Assembly (NCBI GenBank): GCA_964583985.1
Contig: CAZOYD010000001.1
Location: forward strand, 1 to 35,431
DNA length: 35,431 nucleotides
Source of the DNA: an uncultured archaeon
Lineage (GTDB): Archaea; Asgardarchaeota; Lokiarchaeia; Sigyniarchaeales; SOKP01
Reading direction: 5' to 3'
A program made the position numbers and the translations under genes. Each line of letters begins with the position of its first letter. The first letter of the stretch is position 1. Positions 8,791 to 17,788 of this stretch are shown here, in pieces. The notes under the pieces are model-generated. The model was not told the DNA's origin. It ran no database searches and was given only the letters and a program-made list of their open reading frames with translations.

Positions 8791-9288
8791 ATGAGTGTAA
8801 TAAATTTCGAATTTAGGAATGAAGTACTCAAACACAATGCATCTTTGAGTTATTGTTACCAATGTTCTACTTGTTCTGGCGGATGTCCTATAGCATTGCT
8901 TACTGAGGGAAAGTATAATCCACGGTTGATAATTGAGGAAGCGATTTTAGGATTACAGGATAAATTAATAGAGATGCAAGATCCAAACTTATGGCTTTGT
9001 TCTACTTGCCAAAAGTGTGTCGAGTTATGTCCTCAAAAAGTGGAGTTGACGGAGATTTTTACTCTAATTAAAAATAGATGTTTTGAGGAAGGTGAAGTTC
9101 CATCTGGATTTGTATCTCAAGGTAAAGCTGTGTTGGATAATGGAGTCGCTATTCCATTTTCAAATGCAATCCTTGCGAGACGAAAAAAGTTGGGTCTTCC
9201 AGAGATAAAGACTGCATCGGTCGATGAAATTAAGACGTTATTGAAAGTGACTAATTTCGAATATCATATCACTAGGAGAGGTGAATAA
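8791..9288 (+). CDS. hdrC: heterodisulfide reductase subunit C
   Basis: CYQCSTCSGGCP and LWLCSTCQKCVELCPQ (2x[4Fe-4S]). Confidence 0.93.
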   Translation: MSVINFEFRNEVLKHNASLSYCYQCSTCSGGCPIALLTEGKYNPRLIIEEAILGLQDKLIEMQDPNLWLCSTCQKCVELCPQKVELTEIFTLIKNRCFEEGEVPSGFVSQGKAVLDNGVAIPFSNAILARRKKLGLPEIKTASVDEIKTLLKVTNFEYHITRRGE

Positions 9289-9290
9289 AT

Positions 9291-10169
9291 TTGGAATATG
9301 ATCTTTTTTTAGGGTGTGTGATTCCAGCAAGGCTGCCATTTTTGGAGGCATCTTCCAGGAAAGTATTTGAAACGTTAGGAATAAAACTAAACGATGTAGA
9401 AGGATTTAGTTGTTGCCCCGATCCAACAGGTATCGAACAGATAGATCACAATACCTGGTTAACAATGGGGGCCAGAAATTTGAGTCTTTCTAAAAATGGG
9501 AATGGTGGCATTCTATCATTTTGTTCGGGATGTGTTGAAACCTTAAAGGGTGTTAATTTTTCATTGAATAAGGATCCTTCTTTAATGGAAGACGTTAATA
9601 AGCATCTAAAAAAGGTTGGGAAGAATTATGATGGAAAAACGAATGTTAAACATTTTGCCCAAGTATTGTACGAGAACTTGGATTTGGTTAAGAAAAAGGT
9701 TTCAAAGCCTTTAGAAGGATTCAAGGTAGCCGTACATTATGGATGTCATTATTTAAGGCCTTCTGAATTCATTCAATGGGATGATCCCTTTAATCCTTAT
9801 ACAATTGATGAAATAGTGAAAGCTTTAGGAGCTGAATCTTTGGATTATGATAATAAAATTGAATGTTGTGGTAATCCCGTTGAAAAATCCGATAAAGATT
9901 TATCATTGATGATGATTGAAAATAAGTTAAAAGCAATTCAATGCTCAGGTGCAAATTGTGTTGCATTAGTATGTCCTGCATGTTATCAACAATTTGATTT
10001 TAATCAGCGTGAATTAAGTAAAAAAGAAGATGCAAATTATGAGATTCCAATCTTCTATCTTTCAGAATTGGCTGCATTAGCTTTTGGATATGATCCAGAA
10101 GATTTGGGCTTAAATTTTCATAGAATCAAACCACAAGAATTCCTTGAAAATATAAATTTTATAAAATAA
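9291..10169 (+). CDS. hdrB: heterodisulfide reductase subunit B
   Basis: FLGC, SCCP, CSGC, HYGCH, CCG and CPACYQQFD (two CCG domains). Confidence 0.95.
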   Translation: MEYDLFLGCVIPARLPFLEASSRKVFETLGIKLNDVEGFSCCPDPTGIEQIDHNTWLTMGARNLSLSKNGNGGILSFCSGCVETLKGVNFSLNKDPSLMEDVNKHLKKVGKNYDGKTNVKHFAQVLYENLDLVKKKVSKPLEGFKVAVHYGCHYLRPSEFIQWDDPFNPYTIDEIVKALGAESLDYDNKIECCGNPVEKSDKDLSLMMIENKLKAIQCSGANCVALVCPACYQQFDFNQRELSKKEDANYEIPIFYLSELAALAFGYDPEDLGLNFHRIKPQEFLENINFIK

Positions 10170-10205
10170 TTCAATCAAGTTAAAATTTTAATTACATGGC
10201 AGTGT

Positions 10206-11522
10206 GTGAAAAAATTGGAAGAGATCTTAAAGGGTGCTTTAATTATTGGTGGTGGAATAGCTGGAATTCAAGCTGCATTAGATTTAGCTAATATGGGGAT
10301 TCATGTAGATGTAGTTGAAAAGAAACCATGTATTGGTGGGAGGATGGCGCAATTGGATAAAACTTTTCCTACAAACGATTGCTCAATTTGTATATTAGCC
10401 CCGAAATTGTCTGAATTCTATAGACATCCAAATATCACGTTATATTCTTATGCTGAAGTCCAAAAAATAGGAGGAACCGCTAATAATTTTACGGTAGATG
10501 TTCTAAAAAAGGCTCGATATGTTAAGGAGGATGAATGCATTAATTGTGGCTTATGTGTCGAAAAATGTCCGATGAGGGTTGAGGATGAGTTTGATCGGGA
10601 ACTGAGAAAACGTAGAGCGATTTATTTGTATTATCTTCAGGGGGTTCCAGCTGTTATGACGATTGATAAAGATAAATGCTTATGGTTTACCAAAAATGCT
10701 TGCAGAATCTGTGAAAAAACCTGTGAGAGGAATGCTATTGATTTTGAACAAGTTGATCAAAAGGTCAAATTAGAAAATGTGGGTTCTATAATTGTGGCAA
10801 CAGGTTATAATTTAATCGAAGATATCGAAAAAGAGGCATTATTCAATTATGGATACGGTAAATTTAGGAATGTAGTTAGTGCTTTAGAGTTTGAACGCTT
10901 GGAATGTGCTTCTGGTCCACAAGAAGGACATATAAAACGTTTTTCAGATGAAAAAACACCTAAGAAAATTGCGTTTCTGCAGTGTATAGGATCCCGCTCG
11001 GATAGAGCTGAGAAATACTGTTCTTCAATATGCTGCATGTATACTACTAAAGAAGCCATAATTGCTCATGAACATGATGATGAATTACAATCTTACGTGT
11101 TTTATATAGATATGAGAGCTGGTGGGAAAGGTTTCCAATCATTTCTACGAAGAGGTGCATCAGAATATAATATCAGTTACATAAAAAGTAAAATTGCTCA
11201 GATCACTGTTGATGAGCAAGAAAATCCTATTATTGTATATGAAGATTTAGAAAATAGACAGATTAAACAATTAAAAGTAGATATGGTTGTTCTTGCGACA
11301 TGTATTGTTCCTCCTCAAGGAATTGAAAAATTAGCGGACGTATTAGGAATTGAGCTAAATGATTTCAATTTCGTGAAAACTCAACCATTTATTCCGGTAG
11401 AAACGACAAAGAATGGGATTTTTACGTGTGGATGTGTACATGAGCCAATGGATATTCCAAGATCGGTTGCTGAAGCTAGTGGTGCAGCTGCAAAAGCAGC
11501 AGAAGTTATTAAAAGAGGTTAA
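10206..11522 (+). CDS. hdrA: HdrA-like flavoprotein, first half of a split ~1000-aa HdrA
   Basis: GGGIAG FAD motif, QLDKTFPTNDCSIC, two ferredoxin motifs, CSSICC, PMDIP. Confidence 0.92.
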   Translation: MKKLEEILKGALIIGGGIAGIQAALDLANMGIHVDVVEKKPCIGGRMAQLDKTFPTNDCSICILAPKLSEFYRHPNITLYSYAEVQKIGGTANNFTVDVLKKARYVKEDECINCGLCVEKCPMRVEDEFDRELRKRRAIYLYYLQGVPAVMTIDKDKCLWFTKNACRICEKTCERNAIDFEQVDQKVKLENVGSIIVATGYNLIEDIEKEALFNYGYGKFRNVVSALEFERLECASGPQEGHIKRFSDEKTPKKIAFLQCIGSRSDRAEKYCSSICCMYTTKEAIIAHEHDDELQSYVFYIDMRAGGKGFQSFLRRGASEYNISYIKSKIAQITVDEQENPIIVYEDLENRQIKQLKVDMVVLATCIVPPQGIEKLADVLGIELNDFNFVKTQPFIPVETTKNGIFTCGCVHEPMDIPRSVAEASGAAAKAAEVIKRG

Positions 11523-11530
11523 GAGGGAAA

Positions 11531-13216
11531 ATGCCAAAAGATAAAATTGATGAAGACGTACGTGTAGGGGTGTTTATCTGTCATTGTGGTTCAAACATAG
11601 GGGGAGTAATTGATTGCAAGAAATTAGCGGAGTATGCTGAGACATTACCGAATGTAACCCATAGCGAAGATAATATGTATACCTGCTCAGAAACGGGCTT
11701 AACAGCAATAAGAACTGCTATTGAAGAAAGAGCCTTGAACAGGGTCGTTGTAGCTTCCTGTACGCCCCGAACTCATGAAAAGTTATTCCGTGAATGCGTT
11801 TCAGAAGTGGGTTTAAATCCATATTTATTTAATTTCGTGAACATACGAGATCAATGTACTTGGGTCCACATGAAGGAAGCCGAAAAAGCTTATAGTAAAG
11901 CTATGGATTTAGTCAAGATGGGCGTGGCAAAAGCCATAAAACTTGAACCTTTAGGAATGATAAATCTTAAAATAAATCCAGTGGGCTTAGTTATTGGAGG
12001 TGGAGTAACTGGATTGAGTGCAGCCCTTAATTTGAGCCAACAAGGATTTAAAACTTTTCTAGTCGAAAAAGAAGATAGATTAGGTGGAAGATTAAACTCA
12101 CTATACAAACTATTTCCACATGATATAGAAGCTTCCGAATTCATAAACGCGTTAATCATTAATGTAAAGAACTCTCCAAATTTAGAAATTTTGACTTCAA
12201 CTAAGGTCAAAAATATCGAAGGTTTTGTAGGAAATTATGAAATTGAAGTCGATCAAGATGGAAAAACGCATATTTTAGAGGTAGGAGCGATAATCGTGGC
12301 GGTAGGATCATCCTTGCTTGATCCTAAAGGATTATTTGGCTATGATGGTCATAAGGTAATAACCCAATATGAATTAGAACCAATATTAAAGAATAAGAAT
12401 CTTAACGCTAAAGATATTGTAATGATCCAATGCGCTGGATCTCGGAATGAGGAGAGAGTATATTGTTCAAGTATTTGTTGCATGACTGCACTGAAAAATG
12501 CTAAGACTATTAAGGAGCAAAATCCGAATGCCAATATAACAATTCTATTTAGGGATATATACAGTCCGGGTACGGAATATGAAGCGTATTATAGAAATGT
12601 GAGAGAATTAGGTGTTCTTTTTGTTAAATATGATGAATTAAAATTACCTAATATAGAGAAAAAGCATGTTAGGGTTTTCAATGAGTTTATTGGAAGTGAA
12701 ATGTTAATCCCTTACGATCTTGTGGTGCTTTCAACTCCTTTAGTAGCTAATGAAGATAACAAGGAATTAGCTCAGATGCTAAAAGTACCTACTGAAGCAA
12801 ATAATTTCTTCTTAGAAGCTCATGTAAAATTACGCCCGAGCGATTTTGCTACGGACGGAGTCTATCTTGGCGGTTCTGCAAAATGGCCCGTCGATATATC
12901 CGAAGCAATCACTCAGGGATATTCAGCAGCTTCACGAGCAAGCACCATATTATCACACAGTTCTATTGAAGTGGAAGGGGCAACATCCTATTTGCCTGAA
13001 TTTAATAAAAGCTTGTGTTCGGGATGCGAGGTGTGCATTAAAGTGTGCCCATATCAAGCAATAATAAAGGATGAAAATGATGAGATTAAAATTATTGAAG
13101 CATTGTGTAAAGGTTGCGGAGTCTGTGGAGCAACTTGCACAAAGAAAGCCATAGTGATCAGGCATTTTACAAATGAACAAATTTTATCTGAAATATATGC
13201 ATTCGGAGGTAGGTAA
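11531..13216 (+). CDS. hdrA: HdrA-like flavoprotein, second half of the split HdrA
   Basis: GVFICHCGSNI, SCTPRTHE, NIRDQC, GGGVTG, CSSICC, HVKLRP and a C-terminal ferredoxin; own RBS (GAGGG). Confidence 0.92.
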   Translation: MPKDKIDEDVRVGVFICHCGSNIGGVIDCKKLAEYAETLPNVTHSEDNMYTCSETGLTAIRTAIEERALNRVVVASCTPRTHEKLFRECVSEVGLNPYLFNFVNIRDQCTWVHMKEAEKAYSKAMDLVKMGVAKAIKLEPLGMINLKINPVGLVIGGGVTGLSAALNLSQQGFKTFLVEKEDRLGGRLNSLYKLFPHDIEASEFINALIINVKNSPNLEILTSTKVKNIEGFVGNYEIEVDQDGKTHILEVGAIIVAVGSSLLDPKGLFGYDGHKVITQYELEPILKNKNLNAKDIVMIQCAGSRNEERVYCSSICCMTALKNAKTIKEQNPNANITILFRDIYSPGTEYEAYYRNVRELGVLFVKYDELKLPNIEKKHVRVFNEFIGSEMLIPYDLVVLSTPLVANEDNKELAQMLKVPTEANNFFLEAHVKLRPSDFATDGVYLGGSAKWPVDISEAITQGYSAASRASTILSHSSIEVEGATSYLPEFNKSLCSGCEVCIKVCPYQAIIKDENDEIKIIEALCKGCGVCGATCTKKAIVIRHFTNEQILSEIYAFGGR

Positions 13217-13221
13217 ATATA

Positions 13222-13992
13222 ATGAGCTTTGAACCAAAAATATTAGGGTTTTTGTGCAATTGGTGCTCTTATGCTGGAGCAGATTTAGCGGGTGTAAGTA
13301 GGATTCAGTATCCTCCAAATATCAGAGTTATAAGAGTTATGTGCAGTGGACGTGTGGATCCGAACTTCATTTTTGAAGCCTTTAAGACGGGGATCGATGG
13401 AGTTATTATCACTGGGTGCCATCTTGCTGACTGTCATTATCTTGAAGGTAATTATGAGGCAGTTACAAAATTTGATATGGTTAAATATTTACTGAGTAAA
13501 ATAAATTTTGAAAAAAGGGTTAGATTAGAATGGGTTTCTGCTTCTGAAGGAAATCGTTTTGCTGAGGTAATAACAGATTTTACAAATCAAATTAAAGAAC
13601 TAGGACAATCCCAATTTGGTAGAAAAAATCAAGACAAAGAACTTTTACAAAAATTAGAAGCATTAGAAATGGCAGCAGGAAGCTATAGAATAAGAGCATT
13701 AGTAGGCAGAGAAAGAAAAATCATTGAACAAGAAAATGTATATGGTGAAAAGTTCTCAAAACAAAGGTTTTCTGAGATTTTTGAGGAGGCTTTGGATAAT
13801 GAATATCTACGTCATCGTATTTTGTTATCTTTAGAAAAAAGTCCAAAATCTGTGAAAAGTTTAGCAATTGAATTAGATGCTAATTCTAAAGAAATATTAA
13901 GTCATATTTTAGTTTTAAAAACACGAAGTCAGATTGTTATGGAAAATATCATTAATAATCAACCTATATATGTAAATATAATGGAGCGATGA
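13222..13992 (+). CDS. mvhD: MvhD/FlpD [2Fe-2S] protein with a C-terminal winged-helix-like extension
   Basis: CNWCSYAGADLAG, MCSGRV, GCHLADCHY, WVSASEG, plus about 120 extra residues. Confidence 0.9.
   Translation: MSFEPKILGFLCNWCSYAGADLAGVSRIQYPPNIRVIRVMCSGRVDPNFIFEAFKTGIDGVIITGCHLADCHYLEGNYEAVTKFDMVKYLLSKINFEKRVRLEWVSASEGNRFAEVITDFTNQIKELGQSQFGRKNQDKELLQKLEALEMAAGSYRIRALVGRERKIIEQENVYGEKFSKQRFSEIFEEALDNEYLRHRILLSLEKSPKSVKSLAIELDANSKEILSHILVLKTRSQIVMENIINNQPIYVNIMER
13693..13728 (+). repeat. 36-bp exact repeat shared with 17485-17520
   Basis: agagcattagtaggcagagaaagaaaaatcattgaa in both mvhD-HTH genes; 13255-13289 is also identical to 17056-17090. Confidence 0.9.
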
Positions 13993-13996
13993 GAAC

Positions 13997-16900
13997 ATGG
14001 AAAAAATCGGAGCAGTTTTAATAGTAGGAGCCGGAATTGGTGGTTCCCAAGCAGCTTTAGATTTAGCTGAATCTGGATATAAAGTATATCTAATAGAATC
14101 AACAACTAGTATAGGTGGAGTCATGGCACAATTAGATAAAACGTTTCCCACAAATGATTGTGCAATATGTATAGTTTCACCTAAATTAGTAGAAGCTGGA
14201 AGACATCCTAATATTGATATCAAAATTAATGCTGTTATTGATAGTTTTTCAGGAGAGCCTGGAAACTTCACAGCAAATATTACAGAAAATTCATTTTATA
14301 TTGATAGGGAAAAATGCACGGGGTGCGGCGTTTGCGGACAGGAATGTCCAGTTGAAGCTATTGATGTTTTTAATGAGGGTTTAGCATTAACGAGTGCAAC
14401 TTCCGTAAAATATCCACAAGCAGTACCATTAGTATATGCTATTGATAGAAATAATTGTATTGGTTGTGGTATCTGTAGTGCTGTTTGTAAAGCTAAAGCA
14501 ATTGATTATGAACTTGAAGATAAAAAGAGTGAATTAAAAGTTGGGGCAGTAATTTTATCCATTGGTTTTGAAGAGTTTGAGCCTCAAAACATGAAACATT
14601 ATGGTTATGGTAAATATGACAATGTAGTGACTAGCATACAATTTGAGCGAATATTAAGTGCAAGTGGTCCTTATTCAGGACATGTGTTAAGACCTTCTGA
14701 TGGGGCAGTTCCACATAAGGTTGCATTTCTTCAATGTGTTGGTTCAAGAGATGTAAAGTTTGGGCAAGAATATTGTTCATCAGTATGTTGCATGTATACA
14801 TGCAAAGAAGCAGTCATTGCAAAAGAGCACATGGAGGGTTTAGAACCAACTATTTTCAGCATGGATATACGAGCGTATGGTAAAGATTTTGATAAATACA
14901 TTGAGCGTGCTCAAGAAGAGTATGGTGTTAAGTATGTAAGAAGCAGAATCTCTTCCATTAGTGAAATAAATGATACAAAAGACTTGAAATTGACATTTGA
15001 AGATGAGAACGGTAAAATTGTTGAAGAAGTATTCAACATGGTTGTCCTTGGAGTTGGATTAAATCCTCCCAAAAGTGCTAAAAAAGTGGCAGAAATATTT
15101 AGAGTCGAATTAAATGAATATGGTTTTATTAAAGCAAAGTCACTCTCTCCAATAGAGACAACAAGACCCGGCGTATTTGTATGTGGTGCTTGTTCATCTC
15201 CAAAGGATATTCCAGAAACTGTCATAGAAGCTAGTGGTGCTGCTGGTAAAGTTAATGAAATTTTATTTCCGGCTCGAAATTCCCTCGTTACCACAAAGAT
15301 ATATCCTAAAGAAATAAATATTGCTGGTAAAGAACCAAGAATTGGAATTTTCATTTGTCATTGTGGAATTAACATCGGTGGTTATGTGGATGTTCCAGAA
15401 GTGACTAAGTACGCAAAAACGCTTCCGAATGTAGTTCTTGCGGATCGTAATCTTTATACCTGTTCTGCAGACACTCAAACCAAAATTAAGGATGCAATTA
15501 AAGACTATGATCTTAATAGAGTAATAGTAGCTTCCTGTACTCCAAGAACTCATGAACCCTTATTTATGGAAACTATTCGTGAAGCAGGTTTAAATAAGTT
15601 TCTATTTCAAATGACAAATATTAGGGACCAATGTTCTTGGGTTCATATGCACCAACCAGAAGAAGCTACCCAAAAAGCTAAAGATTTAGTAAGAATGGCC
15701 GTTGCCAAGGCAAGATTGAATGAGGCATTAGAAACGCATGAATTAGATGTCACTCAAAGTGCTTTAATAATTGGAGGTGGCGTTGCAGGAATGACAGCTG
15801 CTCTTAATTTTGCAAATCAAGGATTTGATTCATATATTATTGAGAAAGAAACTCATTTGGGAGGATTCGCTCTGAACATCCATGAAACTCTTGAAGGTGA
15901 TAATATTCAAGAATTTGTTAGAAATCTGATTGATAAAATAAATTCCCATGATAAAATACAAGTTTTTCTTGAAGCATCTATCGATTTTATAGATGGTTAT
16001 GTTGGAAATTTCAAAACAATATTAAATTATGGACCAAATAAAATAAGTTCTGAAATTAAACACGGAGTAGTGCTTATAGCAACTGGTGCAAAAGAATACA
16101 ATCCTAATGAATATTTATATGGTGAAAATCCAAACATTATAACTCAGCAAGAATTAGAGGACAAGTTATTTAGCTCTACTGAAATATTCAAAAAAAATTC
16201 CATTGTTATGATTCAATGTGTGGGTTCAAGAAATGAGGAACATCCTTATTGTAGTAGAATGTGCTGCGCAGAAGCAATTAAAAATGCATTAAATATCAAG
16301 AAAAAGAATGCTCAAGCGGAAGTAATAATCCTTTATCGAGATATTAGAACATATGGTTTTAAAGAGAAATATTACAGGTTGGCAAGGGAAAAGGGTGTTA
16401 TTTTTATTCGATTTGAAAAAGATAAACTCCCTCAAGTTTCAGAGAAAGGTGGTATATTAGAAGTCTCGATTGAGACTAAAAACTTGGGAAAAATCTCATT
16501 CAATCCAGATTTAGTGGTTTTAAGCACGGGGATTATTGCTCCTGCTGAAGAAAATAATATGATAGCAAAAATGGTTAAGGTACCATTAAATGATGATAAT
16601 TTCTTTTTAGAAGCTCATGTTAAATTGCGACCGGTTGATTTTGCAACTGAAGGAGTATTCTTATGTGGAACCTCTCATGGACCAGCAACTATAAGTGAAA
16701 GTATCGCTCAAGCAAACTCAGCTGTTTCAAGAGCAACTACGATCTTATCAAAAGAAAAATTATTAATTGGCGGTGCCGTATCCATAGTTACTAAAGAACT
16801 TTGTACTGGATGCAAAATTTGCGTAAGAATCTGTCCGTTTAATGCCATAATAAAAGATGATGAAGGTTATGCTTACGTTCAAGCAGCTCTATGTAAAGGA

Positions 16901-17026
16901 TGTGGGTTATGTGCTGCAAGTTGTCCTGAAAAGGCAATTATAACAAAGCATTTCACAAATGAACAAATCATATCTGAAATTTTTGCTTTAGCAAGCATTG
17001 AAATAGGAGGTAAGGAAGTGCAATGA
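13997..17026 (+). CDS. hdrA: large double-FAD HdrA-like protein (1009 aa)
   Basis: Collinear fusion of the two halves at 10206-13216. Confidence 0.93.
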   Translation: MEKIGAVLIVGAGIGGSQAALDLAESGYKVYLIESTTSIGGVMAQLDKTFPTNDCAICIVSPKLVEAGRHPNIDIKINAVIDSFSGEPGNFTANITENSFYIDREKCTGCGVCGQECPVEAIDVFNEGLALTSATSVKYPQAVPLVYAIDRNNCIGCGICSAVCKAKAIDYELEDKKSELKVGAVILSIGFEEFEPQNMKHYGYGKYDNVVTSIQFERILSASGPYSGHVLRPSDGAVPHKVAFLQCVGSRDVKFGQEYCSSVCCMYTCKEAVIAKEHMEGLEPTIFSMDIRAYGKDFDKYIERAQEEYGVKYVRSRISSISEINDTKDLKLTFEDENGKIVEEVFNMVVLGVGLNPPKSAKKVAEIFRVELNEYGFIKAKSLSPIETTRPGVFVCGACSSPKDIPETVIEASGAAGKVNEILFPARNSLVTTKIYPKEINIAGKEPRIGIFICHCGINIGGYVDVPEVTKYAKTLPNVVLADRNLYTCSADTQTKIKDAIKDYDLNRVIVASCTPRTHEPLFMETIREAGLNKFLFQMTNIRDQCSWVHMHQPEEATQKAKDLVRMAVAKARLNEALETHELDVTQSALIIGGGVAGMTAALNFANQGFDSYIIEKETHLGGFALNIHETLEGDNIQEFVRNLIDKINSHDKIQVFLEASIDFIDGYVGNFKTILNYGPNKISSEIKHGVVLIATGAKEYNPNEYLYGENPNIITQQELEDKLFSSTEIFKKNSIVMIQCVGSRNEEHPYCSRMCCAEAIKNALNIKKKNAQAEVIILYRDIRTYGFKEKYYRLAREKGVIFIRFEKDKLPQVSEKGGILEVSIETKNLGKISFNPDLVVLSTGIIAPAEENNMIAKMVKVPLNDDNFFLEAHVKLRPVDFATEGVFLCGTSHGPATISESIAQANSAVSRATTILSKEKLLIGGAVSIVTKELCTGCKICVRICPFNAIIKDDEGYAYVQAALCKGCGLCAASCPEKAIITKHFTNEQIISEIFALASIEIGGKEVQ

Positions 17027-17781
17027 GTTTTGAGCCTAATATTATAGGATTCTTATGCAATTGGTGCTCTTATGCTGGAGCAGATTTAGCTGGAGTGAGC
17101 CGAATTCAATACCCGCCAAATCTTAAAGTTATCAGAGTCATGTGTAGTGGCCGTGTAGATCCGAAATTTATTTTCGAAGCTTTAAAAATAGGTATTGATG
17201 GTGTGATCATTATGGGATGTCATCCCGGTGATTGTCATTATCTTGATGGAAATTTTGAAGCAGAGAAAAAATTTGAAATGATCAGAAAATTCTTAAAATT
17301 AATCGGACTTGATAATAGAGTCAGATTAGAATGGGTTTCTGCTTCTGAAGGTATTAGATTTTCAGAAGTTGTTACTGAATTTACCAATAATATTAAAAGA
17401 CTGGGTCCTTCTAATGTGATACAAGATTTAAAGATTAGAAGCAAGCTTGAGGCAATTGAAAAAGCTGCGGAAAGTTATAGAATTAGAGCATTAGTAGGCA
17501 GAGAAAGAAAAATCATTGAAATGGAAAATGTTTATGGGGAAAAAGTACCTCAAGAAAAATTTACAACTCTTTTTGATTCTGCGATTTATGATGAATTCAT
17601 GAGGTATCAAATATTATTATCGCTTAAAGAAGGCTCAAAATCCGTAAAAGATTTAGCAACTGAAATAGAAATTGATCCAAGTGAAGTGCTAGAACATATA
17701 CTGATATTAAAAGCACGAAGTCAAATTGTTATGGGTGATATTGAAGGAATCACCCCTAATTATGAATTTGTAATGGAGTGA
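17023..17781 (+). CDS. mvhD: MvhD/FlpD with a C-terminal winged-helix-like extension (copy 2)
   Basis: Same motifs as 13222-13992; ATGA overlap with hdrA. Confidence 0.9.
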   Translation: MSFEPNIIGFLCNWCSYAGADLAGVSRIQYPPNLKVIRVMCSGRVDPKFIFEALKIGIDGVIIMGCHPGDCHYLDGNFEAEKKFEMIRKFLKLIGLDNRVRLEWVSASEGIRFSEVVTEFTNNIKRLGPSNVIQDLKIRSKLEAIEKAAESYRIRALVGRERKIIEMENVYGEKVPQEKFTTLFDSAIYDEFMRYQILLSLKEGSKSVKDLATEIEIDPSEVLEHILILKARSQIVMGDIEGITPNYEFVME

Positions 17782-17788
17782 TAACATT

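Noticed and set aside
11515-11535. Intron or frameshift between the two HdrA halves
   Set aside because: The gap is shorter than the fused linker, has its own RBS and shows no helix-bulge motif.
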